Assembly: GCA_964016885.1 (NCBI GenBank)
Contig: OZ024747.1
Location: 54,064,001-54,128,000 of the forward strand
Source: Eledone cirrhosa
Lineage: Eukaryota
DNA length: 64,000 nucleotides
Direction of reading: 5' to 3'
Below are positions 42,884 through 57,539 of the stretch, in pieces. Within the stretch, counting starts at the first letter, position 1; each line of letters starts with the position of its first letter. Below the pieces are notes generated by a model. The model worked only from the letters and a program-made list of their open reading frames with translations. It had not been told where the DNA came from and made no database searches. Made by a program: the position numbers and the translations under genes.

Positions 42884-44677
42884 ATGGTTATACGCCCCAT
42901 AATCAAGATGTCCCCAGATGTATGTGAAAGTACAGAGGACCTTCTCAGCAGAATCAGTGAGTGCAACAAAAACAGGAGCCTATCCAACTGCATAATAGGC
43001 AGCATGGATGTGGTGTCACTGTACCCATCCATTAACATTGATTTTGCTGTGAAAAGATGTGTGGAGATGATCATTGAGAGTGAGGTGGAGTTCTGCGACG
43101 TCGACACAGACGAACTGGGCCTCCTACTTAGACTTACCTACGACACTGACTACCTAGACAGCCATGACCTTAGATGTTTCTGCCCTAGTAGACCTTTAAG
43201 AGGTAGACCCCCCACCATAACCTCAATGGCTAAAAAGACTCCCATAGGAAGGTGGATTGGGTGGACCAAAGCTATACGGACCCCCCAAAACACTGATCAG
43301 GTAAGAAAAATGGTCGCACATGCAATAGGGGCTAGTATCAAAACTACCCTAAAGGGCCACATATTTAAGTTCAATGAGAAAATCTACACCCAAAATGAGG
43401 GAGCAGCCATCGGCGTCAGCATAGCTGGCGATGTTGCCAACCTTTTCATGGTATGGTGGGAAAGGAGACTTAAAGATCTCCTTAATGAAAGCTCCATAGA
43501 CCTCATCATGTACTCTCGTTATGTAGACGATATCAATATAGTTATAAGAACACCCCCACTAGAGAGCACTAACAAGTTTGATTTAGAACGTAGCACGATG
43601 GAAAGCATCCAGCAGATAGCTAATTCCATACACCAGAGTATAACTGTAACTATAGACTTCCCTTCCAAACACCCTAACAATAGACTACCTGTATTAGACA
43701 CAGAACTCTGGATTAACACTATAGACGAGAGAGCCCAAATTCTCCACTCACACTATGCTAAACCCATGGCCTCCAAATACCTGATACTCAAAAACTCAGC
43801 AATGTCCAGTAGTGCTAAGTTTAATATTCTGATCGCAGATTTGGTACGAGTGATGAAGAATGTGTCCAGCATGTGCGACCCAACAGAAATGGAAGGACAC
43901 ATCCAACACTTCATCAACCGCATGCAGTTCTCTGGCTACAACCAAAGAGACAGAGTCAGAGTATACGAAGGAGCCATGGAAAAGTATAAGACCCTCATAG
44001 AACTGGACATGAAAGGAATTTGCCCACTATACAGGAGCAAATCATGGAATAGCTTAGATAGGGCTAGACATAAGATAGGGAAGGCCACATCATGGTACGA
44101 CAACCAGAGATATCAGAGTGTCATGTTTGTGGACGCCACCCCTGGAGGGAAATTAGCTAACCAGTGTAGAAAGGCCCTGAGAAAGACCCACTTAAAAATA
44201 AAGGTGGTAGAAAAGCCAGGAACCACCATAAAATCCCTGATCAGCAAAACCTACCCTTTTAAGAAAACCCACTGTACCAATAGGAAATGTATCATATGTA
44301 AGGTGAACCCCCGGATAAACTGTAAAACTAGAAACGTAGTCTATAGCATAAGATGTACAGAGGGTACTTGCAGAAACACGACAACAACATACATAGGTGA
44401 GACAGCTCGTAGCATAGGTGAAAGGATAGACCAACACTGGGGGGAACTAAAAGGACGAAAAAACGGGTCAGTACTATACGAACATGCTAGACAACATCAT
44501 GACGGTAACATAGACAACATAGAAATTAGAATAATATCTAAACATAGGAATGACCCAGCAGATAGGCAAATCAGAGAGGCCAGTGAAATAGAAATTAGAA
44601 GACCAAAGCTAAACAGAAAGAATGAGTGGAACAACAACAACACCCAAACAAACAACACTGACCTAAGAGAAGTATAA
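42884..44677 (+). CDS. Penelope-like reverse transcriptase + C-terminal GIY-YIG endonuclease (597 aa; frame open from 42818)
   Basis: GSMDVVSLYPSI, QNEGAAIG, YSRYVDD, LPVLD, YAKPMAS, then CTNRKCIIC..CKTRNVVYSIRC..C..YIGETARSIGERIDQH..H..H..RQIREA..LN. Upstream in-frame PTRPVCG indicates truncation inside the RT N-terminus. Confidence 0.93.
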   Translation: MVIRPIIKMSPDVCESTEDLLSRISECNKNRSLSNCIIGSMDVVSLYPSINIDFAVKRCVEMIIESEVEFCDVDTDELGLLLRLTYDTDYLDSHDLRCFCPSRPLRGRPPTITSMAKKTPIGRWIGWTKAIRTPQNTDQVRKMVAHAIGASIKTTLKGHIFKFNEKIYTQNEGAAIGVSIAGDVANLFMVWWERRLKDLLNESSIDLIMYSRYVDDINIVIRTPPLESTNKFDLERSTMESIQQIANSIHQSITVTIDFPSKHPNNRLPVLDTELWINTIDERAQILHSHYAKPMASKYLILKNSAMSSSAKFNILIADLVRVMKNVSSMCDPTEMEGHIQHFINRMQFSGYNQRDRVRVYEGAMEKYKTLIELDMKGICPLYRSKSWNSLDRARHKIGKATSWYDNQRYQSVMFVDATPGGKLANQCRKALRKTHLKIKVVEKPGTTIKSLISKTYPFKKTHCTNRKCIICKVNPRINCKTRNVVYSIRCTEGTCRNTTTTYIGETARSIGERIDQHWGELKGRKNGSVLYEHARQHHDGNIDNIEIRIISKHRNDPADRQIREASEIEIRRPKLNRKNEWNNNNTQTNNTDLREV

Positions 44678-44944
44678 ATAAATAAGTAAATTAAATTAAA
44701 TAAAATAAGATAAATAAATACATACACAAGCACATAAACACACACTAGTCACCCAGCAGACACAACACTATACACACTAGTCACACATCACACATAACAC
44801 TATACACACACGCAAACGCATGCGCAAAGAAGACAAAATAAAATAAGATAAACAAACAAGCAAATAAATAAATAAATATATAGACAGACTGAACAAAAAA
44901 AATGGCGTAGACATGCAACGCAACAGGAGGAACAATGAATGTAG

Positions 44945-44987
44945 CACCACTGACGATGTTGCAGATGTGCAACGAAAGATTTATGTA
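44945..44987 (+). ncRNA. Minimal hammerhead motif in the Penelope 3' UTR
   Basis: cacca-CTGACGA(44950)-t-gttgca gatg tgcaac-GAAA(44974)-gatt-TA-tg. Stem II is a perfect 6 bp; stems I and III are weak. Confidence 0.7.
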
Positions 44988-45189
44988 AACTATATATATA
45001 TGTGTTTGTCTATATTGTATCTGTATTATTTTTGACCGCCGGTCAGTCAATGGCAACATTGAGGACCGAGTAAGTTAGATCGCAGATATATATATATAAA
45101 AGACAGCGAGAAGCGAAAACCAACCAAACAGTGAGTGTGTTCTGTTATTAATTCTGGCAATATTACGCAAATATGACCCTCCCCAAATA

Positions 45190-45231
<42 letters not shown>

Positions 45232-45291
45232 CATATATATGTACGTATATATATATGTATATATGTATATATGTATGTATATATGTATATA

Positions 45292-45324
<33 letters not shown>

Positions 45325-45331
45325 ATATATG

Positions 45332-45366
<35 letters not shown>

Positions 45367-45495
45367 ATAATATATATATAAATATAGATAGATAAATACA
45401 TACATATATATATATAGAGAGAGAGAGATATACAGATATATTGAGTTCTTCATACGGATTGGACACCACCGTAAACTTTTGGTAGATTTATCTAC

Positions 45496-45531
<36 letters not shown>

Positions 45532-45624
45532 GTATATATGTATATATGTATATATATATGTATATATGTATATATATATATACATATATACATATATGTA
45601 TATGTGTATATATATGTATATATA

Positions 45625-45722
<98 letters not shown>

Positions 45723-45979
45723 TTCAGTTGTGTATGACTATTCAAGAAAAGAGAACACGTGACGAAGAAAAAATAAGGGTTAAATGAAAGGAAAAAGTGA
45801 TGGCGAGAAACATTGAAAGTGATAGAGAGAGAGAGAAGAGTACTTTAGTAGCGAATGACTTGTTTCTTCTCAAGATTCTTGTGAATCTATCATCTTTTCC
45901 TTTCATTCCTCCAATGTGGATGTAATAAGTGGCAGGAATGTTCTAGAAGTGTGTCAGCCGGGGATATGCCCTGTTACAT

Positions 45980-46117
45980 ACCAGAGCCCGCTGAAAAGTT
46001 CATAGGCTGACCAAGATATTCTCTGGAAAGAAACAATGTAGTTATTAATAAGAAGAGTTGAAATTATTGCATCACTCCTTCATAGTCAGCGGACCCTTGT
46101 ACATAAATATACATGTG

Positions 46118-46196
<79 letters not shown>

Positions 46197-46402
46197 GTGT
46201 GCGTGTATGTACAAGGATTGGCTGAAAAGTTCATAGATTGACTAAGATATTCTCATGGGATGACCAAATGAGGTGATTTTCAACATAGTCTCTGGAAAGA
46301 GATATTGTAGTTATTAATACGAAGAGTTGAAATTATTGCATGCAAGATTACACACCTCTAGCATCGCTGCTTCCTATTCAGCCTATGAACTTTTCAACCG
46401 AG
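45980..46402. mobile_element. Two Tc1/mariner-derived MITE copies (45980-46103, 46210-46402)
   Basis: Terminal inverted repeats ctgaaaagttcatag(g/a)(c/t)tga ... tcagcctatgaacttttca; shared interior tctggaaaga..gtagttattaata.gaagagttgaaattattgcat. Confidence 0.65.
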
Positions 46403-46915
46403 TCTCTTTTGACAGATTTGTTGTGCTGATATGTTCTTGTTGTTGACTGCTAATTATCAAAGTAATGAGAATGTTCGATAGAATAACTTGTGCGATTTCT
46501 TTCGGTTCTCTGTGCTCTGTGTTCAAATCGTGCCTACTTTATCGTTGCCTTCCAAACATTCTGTGTTGATAAAATAAAGTATTGAGGCATTATGGTTGGT
46601 TTTCATGAGTAGTAACTTTTATGTGGCAGTATTATTTTATGGTATGGATTTTCATGTGATGGAAATTTCAACTTGATGGCAATTTTAGTGTGGTACATTA
46701 AGGAAATAGATAGTTTACTGTGGTAGTGGTTTTAATGTGGTAGAGATTTCAGAGATTTCAATGTGTTGGTAATTTCAATATAATGGAGATATTTTAATTG
46801 GGTAAAGAGTTTAAGAAGGTAGATATTTTCATGTCATTTTGACTTTATGAGAACATTTTAATTGGCTAAATATGTTAACGTAGTGGAGTTTAAGCAATTA
46901 TTTTAAAGAGTTAAA

Positions 46916-48362
46916 GGGCGGTAGTTTGGCAGTATCGGTAGACGGTCGGACGCTATGCTTTGAAGTATAGAGTTACGGCCCTTGCCATTCTGAGTTCGAA
47001 TCCCACCGAGGTTAACTTTGCCTTTCATCCTTACGGGGTCGATAAAATAAAGTACCAGTAATGCATGGGTAATTGCTGGCCTTGTGCCAAAAGAACAAAC
47101 AATTATTTTAAAGAGTTTGGAAATTTTAATGCGTTTAATACTATAATGAAGCTGGGATATTAATTGAGTATTTTAATGGACGGAATGTTTTAATTTAATA
47201 AATAATTTAATATGGTGTATTTTTTAATGTAATGGAAGATCATCTGTGTGACAAAGTCTTGTTATTGAAATTTTGTAGACTGAAACTCGGTTCTTGATTT
47301 GTAGACGTAATCCATCGCCAGTTTAACATCAACACAATACATTTGATTGTATTTAATATAATCCTGTGGCGGCGAATTGACAGAGTCGTTAGAACGTCGG
47401 ATAGTTGCTTTATGGTATTCATTCCAGCTCTCTGCACTCGGATTTCAAATCCTTCCTAGGTCAACTTTGCCTTTCATCCTTTCGAGGTCGATAAAAAAAG
47501 TACCAGTCTATTACTCTGGTCTATTCTTGCTCTATGTCCCTTCCTCATTTCCTCTCACCTACTTTCCATCCTTCTCAGCCTAGGAGAGGGATGGGCTCCC
47601 CCCAGTTTGAAATGCCCAAGAAACGCCCTATGTCAATACAGTGACCTACGTATCTATCAGGAGTTACCATTGCACACGTATAATATATGTTACAAGTATT
47701 CAGATGAGGTGTCTCATCTAATAATTTTAAGAGTTTCGTCCTTTTCTCTCACAACGTTCGGAAGATCTATAGAAATATCACGGGTTCTGCTAATACTCCC
47801 AGCACTAAGCCATACAATAACTGTTTCTACTTTAGGCTCAAGGCCAGCAAATACCCAGTGCATTACTGGTACTTTATTTTATCGACCCCGTAAGGATGAA
47901 AGGCAAAGTCAACCTCGGCGGGATTTGAACTCAGATCGTAAAGGGACGTAACTATGCTGGAAAGCATGGCGTCCGACCCTCTACCGATACTGCCAATCCA
48001 CCATACAATAATGGTTTCTGATTAAGCCACAATGTCAACTATTTTGGGGGAAAGAGAAAGTCGATTAAATCGATCCCAGTGCATTAATGATACTCTATGT
48101 TATCGGCCCCGTAATGATTACACGCAAAGATAACATCGGCAGGATTTGAACTCAGAACGTAAAGCGCCGTAACTTTATGCCGTAAAGCATGTTTTCAGAC
48201 GCATTGCCAATACTGTCAATCCAAAATATAAGGTGGAAATTTGACAGATATGATAGAATATCGGATAAAATTCCTTGCGGTGTTTGATCCGACTCTGGTT
48301 TTTCTTAATTCAAATCCCACTAAGTTCCACTGTACCTTTCATTCTTCTGGAGTCGATAAGTA
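46916..48362. mobile_element. Cluster of five SINE copies (46916-47106 +, 47365-47515 +, 47817-48003 -, 48008-48222 -, 48231-48362 +)
   Basis: Each shows the B-box and all or part of the ctttgcctttcatcc..gtcgataa body. Confidence 0.8.
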
Positions 48363-49169
48363 ACTATTAATTGGTATTCATCTCTGTGTGTGGCACGGCA
48401 GTTTTTAAAAAATGTTACTTGTGCTGTGTTAACTCTTCTATGGGTGGATGTGTATTATCAATGTGAGAGTGAAGTGTCATGGGGATTTTGTTAACTTTAA
48501 TACAATTTTAACGACAAGTAGAAATATTCATTTTAACGACAGAAATATTCATAACTGAACCTGGAATATTTGAAGTTTAAAATATATATATAATGGGATA
48601 GAAGAAATATTGCCAAGTTTAGACACTAATCGATATATCATGCTTTATATAGCAATAACAAAGTAAATATGATATATAAATCATTGGTAGAAGCAGAGAA
48701 AGTTGATTTTCAAAGCAATTTACTAACATAAGCGATAATGAAGACTGTCTCAACATAGCTTAACAAGAGTAATCAGATGAAAACTGCTGTTTCGCAGTAT
48801 GATATGGCAATAAACAATAAATACCAATTTCAGATAATCAAGTGGTTTAATATCAATATGCCAATAACTCCATATTTATCTTTTGATTCTTCATTATTCT
48901 AGAAAATTCAATATTTCCAATAAGCTAATATTTCAATATTGTGCAATGCCCACCGGTTTCATTCACATCAATAATTCTTCATCAAACACTGTATGTGTGT
49001 GATGAAGACATTTGAATAGGCAACTATAGATGAATTTATACATCTACCATAATGACGGATTGTTAGTTGGTCCGTCAACTGTTTCAAACTCGTCAGCTTT
49101 TATATTTAAAACAATATAGAAACTTCCTATGAGATGCAACGTCTTTGGAGGCCTTTGAAAACTATGTAT

Positions 49170-49640
49170 GTGTGCACTATACCACCTCCTGACATCTCAC
49201 TACTTACGACACCCAGTGCTTCCTCGACAGAAATCTGTGTCTAAGGAATTCTCTCTCTAAATGTATTTCTTGACAGCCAGCAGCGTTGTCTGTTAGTTTA
49301 TGTGATGCCTCTACTTCTGCTATGCGTCCATTGTACACGCTGAGTAAACACTTGAGTTTCTACGTAATTCTCTTCTGCATATTGAGTACGGCTATTCCTT
49401 TGGTGGTAATAAACTCATTTTATGTTACTTCTTACTGAAAATTTAGTTTTGCTAAATTTACTTTTAGGCGTTTGATGACAGTTTTTGGTATCAGGTCTAT
49501 GATTTCTTCTTTAATTCTTCTCGAGAATCTGCTATAAGTGCTAAATGGTCACCATACAGATGTTCCTAGACAAATGGTTTTAAATTTCTCTGTTATGGCC
49601 TGGAAGAATGTAAACCAGATTAATCTCACCGTTTTTTAAG
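49170..49640 (-). pseudogene. Decayed RTE-clade LINE reverse transcriptase fragment
   Basis: Minus strand gives FQAITEKFKT, LYGDHLALIADSREELKKK (degenerate YADD), NLAK and SICRR; frameshifted. Confidence 0.6.
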
Positions 49641-50006
49641 TGTCTGTGAAATTCATTACATATTGAAATCAAAAATGTTGATAGTGTGAGAACGACGTCC
49701 CGTAGTTCCTTAGTTAGACACTATATGTTCTCAGATGTATTGAATTAGTCATTCAGAGACAATGACAAAACCGCAATGTTGTGAGCACAAGACATACTGT
49801 CTTAGACAGTGTATATTATCTGATATCTTAAAACAGCCATCGTTTCGTACATACTAACAATAATGTTTGAGGTAAATTAATTAAACCACACCAATGTATC
49901 ATATTTTAAGTTCATAACAACGAGAGAAAACATGTGTGTCGATCAGAATTAGTAGCAAAACTTATTGACCTAATGGATAAACACAGGTGTGCAATGATAC
50001 TGAGGA

Positions 50007-50050
<44 letters not shown>

Positions 50051-50289
50051 GGTGTTGGATGCTTAAAGCGTCCGTATGCGGTTAGGCGTATGAGCAGTCG
50101 ATACCCTCATAGAGCAGAGTATGATAGGAAAAGTTGCTTCGTAGAATCGAGACGTATCCGAGGACCGCGCGATTTCAGAGTCAGGTTTGATCAGCACATC
50201 GACCGTGTCTCGAGCTGATCGCCCGAGAAACAATTGTAATATGTCCAATACATTCCTTTCGTCGCAACACTGATTCTCTTTTTTCTGTG

Positions 50290-50488
<199 letters not shown>

Positions 50489-50505
50489 AATATATATATA
50501 TATAT

Positions 50506-50822
50506 ATAATTGAAAAAGTGGAGAATAACATGGTCAACAGTACAAAAAAGGGGATTTATTTGCAGTCTAACAATTGTTTCACTGATAGAGTTGTCCAAAA
50601 ATTGCTGAACACTAAAAACAGTGCCACTCAATTTTAAATACAATAGTTTCCGATGATCTAGTAGAGTTAACATCGTATTTAAAATTGAGTGGCACTGTTT
50701 TTAGTGTTTTTAGTGTTCAGCAATTTCCAGACAACTCTATCAGTGAAACAATTGTTAGACTGCAAATAAATCCCCTTTTTTGTACTGTTGACCATGTTAT
50801 TCTCCACTTTTTCAATTTTATA
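50506..50822. repeat. ~135-bp-arm inverted repeat (fold-back)
   Basis: aattgaaaaagtggagaataac..ttttaaatac mirrored by gtatttaaaa..gttattctccactttttcaatt; ~9-bp tandem duplication in the right arm. Confidence 0.9.
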
Positions 50823-50968
50823 AACTTACATAGGAATACAAGTGAAATCATAAACTCGTCATCTACGTATACCTCTTGTTGAATCAAGCAACGCCGTACG
50901 CTAAAGCTATCCATAATAAGAAATATTCACACCTCTAATTGGATTACCTATAACGATATTTTGTTATC

Positions 50969-51004
<36 letters not shown>

Positions 51005-52730
51005 AGGATGAATATAAAATGAAAGTGCTTTTTTTAAAAAGGAATTTATTAGGTATTGACATATGTTTCTGTAACAGACGGAATACCTATGTATCGCTGC
51101 TTGCGTAATCATATAATGTTAGCAAGTATTCGATAGCAAATGTATAATCAGTTGTCACTTCTTCAGAGATTTTGGATAAATTGGATAAAATCAGAAAAAT
51201 TGAAGTATTTATATTAGTAATAGAGGAAGAAACAGAGGGGATAGTATATAACAGATGGTAAATTAATTTACTGCTAAACAAGTATATAATGGGTTTCTAA
51301 TGAGAATACCATGAGTAAATCTAAATAAGAATTTTGGGAGTGCCAATTTTAATCTCTACTTGACCAACTGGACAGTGGACAGGGCTGGTCATTTGGTGCA
51401 GTAGTATTAATTATATATATATATAATTCACAAGAATCAAAGCTATGTTCAAAGCATTTATTCACTTACAATTTTTTCATCCAAACCTAGGCTTAGAGTC
51501 TTCGGAGCATTTTTCAATGTTTGTACACATAATTGACCTCCTTTCCAACGCAAGAGACATACAGATACATATATATATATTGATGTACAGTGGAGTGACA
51601 TATATTATACTATACTATTTTTGTACAGCAATTCAAATTCAAAATCAAAATTAAAATACATTCGGCAGATAACACAGATAATGCAAGAGGATAGTTTGAT
51701 AGTCAGATCTAGTAGGTAGTGTATGCGTTAGTTACACATGGAGCATACAAGTGTGTCTCATTTTTATACTATTATTGTGTGGCAGGGTGTTACATGTAAT
51801 GCAAGCACTTTAAGCGGGTAAGCAAGATTATTATGGTGGTTGTAGTGGTAAGGTATTTTTTGTATAGAACAAAAAAGTATGTGTGCAGAAAAATAAAAAA
51901 TAAAAAGAAGCAAAAGAAAGTTATGGTTTTCGTATCCACCACCATTTTCACATTCAGAAAAAGTAAGATATAGTTTTTACATCCATCACATAAGTAACGA
52001 TGATTCCGTATTGAATGTTTGATGCATTAAAATAAATTATTTTAGCGTATTGAGGTTCAGTGTTATTTAATCCAAGTTTATAGAATAGGTTGATTCTGCT
52101 GCAAGAATTTACATCGGTTTATTACCCGGAAGTATGTGTGTAATTAAGGTGAGTTAATGCGTAAGGGGAGGTAACTAGCCGAATCTCATAACTAAATTCA
52201 TTGTTCTAACATACATTATAAGGCGCCTCAATTGAGTCCCTTATATAGACGGTTATATATTTATATCTAGTTTCCAATTTTAAATACAGTCTACTCTATC
52301 ATGGTGTACTAAAGGTATCTATACTAAGTTGATTACTCCTCATTATATAGTGCTACAATTGAATATTCCATACAAAGTGCCATACCTTTATATCAAAGTT
52401 AACTGTAAATGTAGTCTACTCTCAGAACATATCAGGGGGGCCTATTAGAATTTTTCTACATAACCCCTGGCAAGTTATGGAGCAGCGTACGGCTGTTTGC
52501 ATGGCAAAACAAAATACATCTCTAGAGCAGACAAATACATCCCTCATTTACAATGTCATTAATCTATCCATCAAGTTATACTTGCATATATAATTCATAT
52601 ATAATTCATACATAATTCATTGCAGCACCCTACATATAAGTTAGACAGATCTCTTATGTTAATAAATTAATCTTATATATATCCAATGTTATCACTCCAT
52701 ACATTTAATTACAAATGCATTTAATTACTT

Positions 52731-52790
<60 letters not shown>

Positions 52791-52890
52791 TAATAACACA
52801 ACAGTTAGTTCACCATACCGAGAACAATTGATTCACCTTAAGCGGATCTTCAGCTGGGACTGGTCATGGTTATACGAAACAGGAAGAACA

Positions 52891-52984
<94 letters not shown>

Positions 52985-52986
<2 letters not shown>

Positions 52987-53055
52987 TGTTTAATATAGAA
53001 ACGGCTTCTAGAGGACTAGAACTGTTTCATTCTAAAAAAAATCACCAGGAGTCAA
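52985..53055 (-). mobile_element. HH-A remnant with mutated hammerhead
   Basis: Reverse complement gactc-CTGGTGA-..gaat-GAAA-cagttctagtcctc-TA-gaagcc. Confidence 0.55.
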
Positions 53056-53442
53056 CAATTGTTTGTATTAGCATATTGGTTTGGATTTATTAGTTTGTAT
53101 TTATGTATAAGTTGTATAAACATATATTATAGACATCCCCGTCTATATCTATGGGCACGTTTGTGTATTCATATCTACATACATTATTTTATAAAATGGT
53201 ATAGTTTACATGAAGAAGCATACTATGCAGCAGAGAGCATGTGTGAATGTTTTCATTGAAAAATACATGTATCTATGTAAATATGTACGTATGTATGTGT
53301 ATATTTATGAATGTGTCTATGGGTGTATGTATATATGTATATATGTATAGATACAAACATGATGCGTGTGAATTTACGTCTATCATGAAAATATACACAC
53401 GCATATATATATGCGTACATACATACATAGATATAAATACAC

Positions 53443-53553
<111 letters not shown>

Positions 53554-53722
53554 CATACATATATATATATATACATATATATATAAATATATATATAAAT
53601 ACATATATATATATATACATATATATATATAAATATATATATAAATACATATATATATATATACATATATATATATAAATATATATATAAATACATATAT
53701 ATATATATACATATATATATAA

Positions 53723-53784
<62 letters not shown>

Positions 53785-53871
53785 CAATGTGTGGTTGTTT
53801 ATGTATATGAATGTGAATATAATATATATGCATATACATACATACATACATATATACGTATATAAATATAT

Positions 53872-53986
<115 letters not shown>

Positions 53987-54517
53987 TATACACATATATA
54001 GTGAAAGAATAAAGAATAGCATATATATATGTATGTGTGTATACACTGATATGCATGTATATGCTCATGCATGCGTGTGTGTGTTAGCGTGTGAGTGGGT
54101 GATTGTGTCTGTTTGTGTTTGTCTTTTGTCTGTGTCTGTGTGTATCTGTGTGTGTCTGTGTGTGTCTGTGTGTGTCTGTGTGTGTCTGTGTGTATGAGAG
54201 GTTGGTGGATGGCAAATGTGTTACTCTTTTGTACTGAAATAGTAAGACATTAAAATAAAGTTTGGCAGCATGGAAGCTTTTGATGTGGGGCAGAAAAATT
54301 TAATGTAGGGGCTATAAAAGTGTAGGGTTCCCTAATGGAGGTGGAGAATGGTGTTGGGGGAGATGATAGTGTTATTGGTGGGGGATAATTGTGGTGGTGG
54401 AGATAGTGACGGGGGGAGTGATATTGGGGCTGGGGAGGGGCAGAGCTGAAAGTGAAGGAACACTATGTGTAGGAGAGTGATGAAGAGGTATATATATATC
54501 TACATGCCTATGAATCG

Positions 54518-54559
<42 letters not shown>

Positions 54560-54563
54560 GCAG

Positions 54564-54719
<156 letters not shown>

Positions 54720-54780
54720 ACATATACATATGAATACACATACATGTATATGCCTGTAAATATGTATGAATGTATCTGTG

Positions 54781-54864
<84 letters not shown>

Positions 54865-55390
54865 TAGCGACAGAGATAGAGATAGAGAGAGGGGAGAGAG
54901 AGAGAGTGGGAGATAGATGTATATGTGTACGTAGGTCTCTTTGAGTTGTGAAAATTTAAGCTATTGGAAGGGGTATGAGATACTTTCATTTGAGGTTTCA
55001 ACACAGCCAGAATTTAACCAGCTATACAGCTCTCACCGTAACCAGCAATACCCTCTACACTACCCAGGCCTTCTCACTCCATACTGTTTCAATTTCTCTC
55101 TACCCTTCTTCTGAGCCGAAGTCTCTTACATCTAATCCACCGCCCTACCACTCTAACTCTCAACTCTTCTATTATATTATCAGTTCTACGCATTGTTGCT
55201 CTGGTTTAAAGTGCATGTAAATAGATTATGTATGTATATATGTATGTATGTTTGTTATATATATATATACATATATGTGCGTGTGTGTGTGTAAGCATCT
55301 AAACATAAGGTCAACATTTAGATCCCTCTTATCGGCCTTGAGAATATTATTCCGTGTCCGAACATAAATATATAATATAATACAATATAT

Positions 55391-55467
<77 letters not shown>

Positions 55468-55491
55468 CTCTTATGTTATATTATATTATAT

Positions 55492-55611
<120 letters not shown>

Positions 55612-56664
55612 ATACTTGGGGAGGGTCATATTGTTGTTATATTGCCACAAAGGATTGTACTTCACCAGCATTCATTTTCTCTGTTTGTGTTTGTGTTTAG
55701 CGGGAATCCATCATTTTAATGCCGAAAGGTTTTCTCTATCTTACTCCTAAACACACATTCGCTTATCAAAATTAGGATCCAGTATTTTTCTGTACAAATC
55801 CTGCAACATTCAAAACCAAAGAATTTAATCATTTTATTAACACAGTAAATACATGTTATGTTTCGTAGATGCAGTCTATTGCTTTCAATGTTTGAATCGT
55901 TATTTTGTGCAGTGCCATTAGTAAATGCACCAGCTAATATTGTTTCTTACCTCATTTCGCCTCAAGACAGTTTCCATTTCTCACCATTCAGAAACACGTA
56001 CGCTCTTGATTATCTATAAGGAATGATTATATTTAATTGCAATTCATTCGAATGGAAAATACAGAAGGTCTGTGTAGCATATCTACGGAAGAAGAGATTG
56101 CAGGTATGACTACCCCAATTCTTCCCCGGCACAAGGCATCTATGATTAGATTATCCGATGCCTCCTTGCTTTTTCAAAACGGTAGTGTGTGTATTGGGAG
56201 TGTCTTAACTGCTACAGCTATCAAGTTGAGGGACCATATACAGGCGTATTCCCTGGCTCATGGCATCCTCTGTGCAGGACGTGAGGGCGTTGTATGTAAA
56301 CATAGAGTTGTAAGAGTTTTAACGGGATGTCGGTGGCAGCGGTGGTGTCGATATTGTTATTAGTGCTGTTAGTGGTGGTTAACTAAATTACAACCAATAA
56401 CATAACAAGAATCTGAAGTTTAGTCAATTTAATGACTAAACTTTTAACTAATGTTTTGTCCATGATATAATCAATAGTCCAGAGCGTTTGTTATTTTTCT
56501 GGTTGCGAAATAGCCATATTTGTTGAACAAAAAAAAAAAAGAAATATCTATCAAACGCTGAGTCCACCACATAGAGTTCTCACAAGCCCCTCATGCTGAT
56601 ATACTTACAGAACTTTTTGGAAAGTCATTAGCTCATGTAGTGAAGAATTTTGCAACAGATTTTA

Positions 56665-56884
56665 ATAATGGTTTTTGATTTAGGCACAAGGCCAACAATT
56701 TTTGGGGATGGTAATATTGATTTAATCGACCCCAGTGCGTTACTGATGTTTTATTTTATCGACCCCGTAAGGATGAGAAGGAAAGCTAGCATCTGGCGGT
56801 ATTTGAACTCAAAACGTGAAGGGCCGTAACTTTATGTCGCAAAGCATGTTATCCGACGCTTTACCAATACTGACAATCCACCAA
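56665..56884 (-). mobile_element. SINE copy
   Basis: ttaggcacaaggcc..aatcgaccccagtg..atcgaccccgtaaggatga..atttgaactc..tccgacgct. Confidence 0.8.
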
Positions 56885-57539
56885 TTATAATAAAAATTAT
56901 AATAATGGTGATTTCTTTATTAGACACAACGTATGACGCCAAGAAACCATTAAAGAGACCACAGGATCATACAGTGTGGCTTTTGTGAGTACGAAGTATG
57001 TAAATAATAATAATGATAATGGTATTATAGCTTTGATTAATTCTACTTGTTACAGTATAGGATATAAACCTCAGGAAATATAAATATTGACCCGCAATCA
57101 AGTGAGACAACCTTCTCTGAACGTTTCTAGTTAATTAGCCTTCGACGGCTGAAGTATTATTCACATCACTGTTAAGTGAAACTGTTGTAATCATCTTACC
57201 TTATCGAAAATTTCATAAATCCAGGTGTTTAAAAACGGTCATCGACCTATTGTCAACTACCTACCTACTCTTGATTTTAGCTGGGAAAACGTCATTTAAA
57301 TTTATGTATCACACCAAAGTGAAGATTTTCATATCTTCAATGAAATTCTCATGTTTTTATCTTTGTAATTTTTAGACATTTTTCCAATTATATATTGAAG
57401 TATCTATTATTATTATGTGTTTTGTTATTGAGACGGAGTTGTATCTAACAGAAATATAGTGCTTTTTTGATGTCGATATTTTATTGATCTGTTCACAAAT
57501 AAAGAAATCACCACGATTATAATTATAAGCGATGTTGTA

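Larger units (their letters stand above)
42770..45195 (+). mobile_element. Penelope-like retroelement, 5'-truncated, with 3' pseudo-LTR
   Basis: Complex sequence bounded by (TA)n on both sides; contains the RT-EN ORF and a 3' hammerhead. Its terminal ~45 bp recur in reverse at 55607-55650. Confidence 0.88.
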
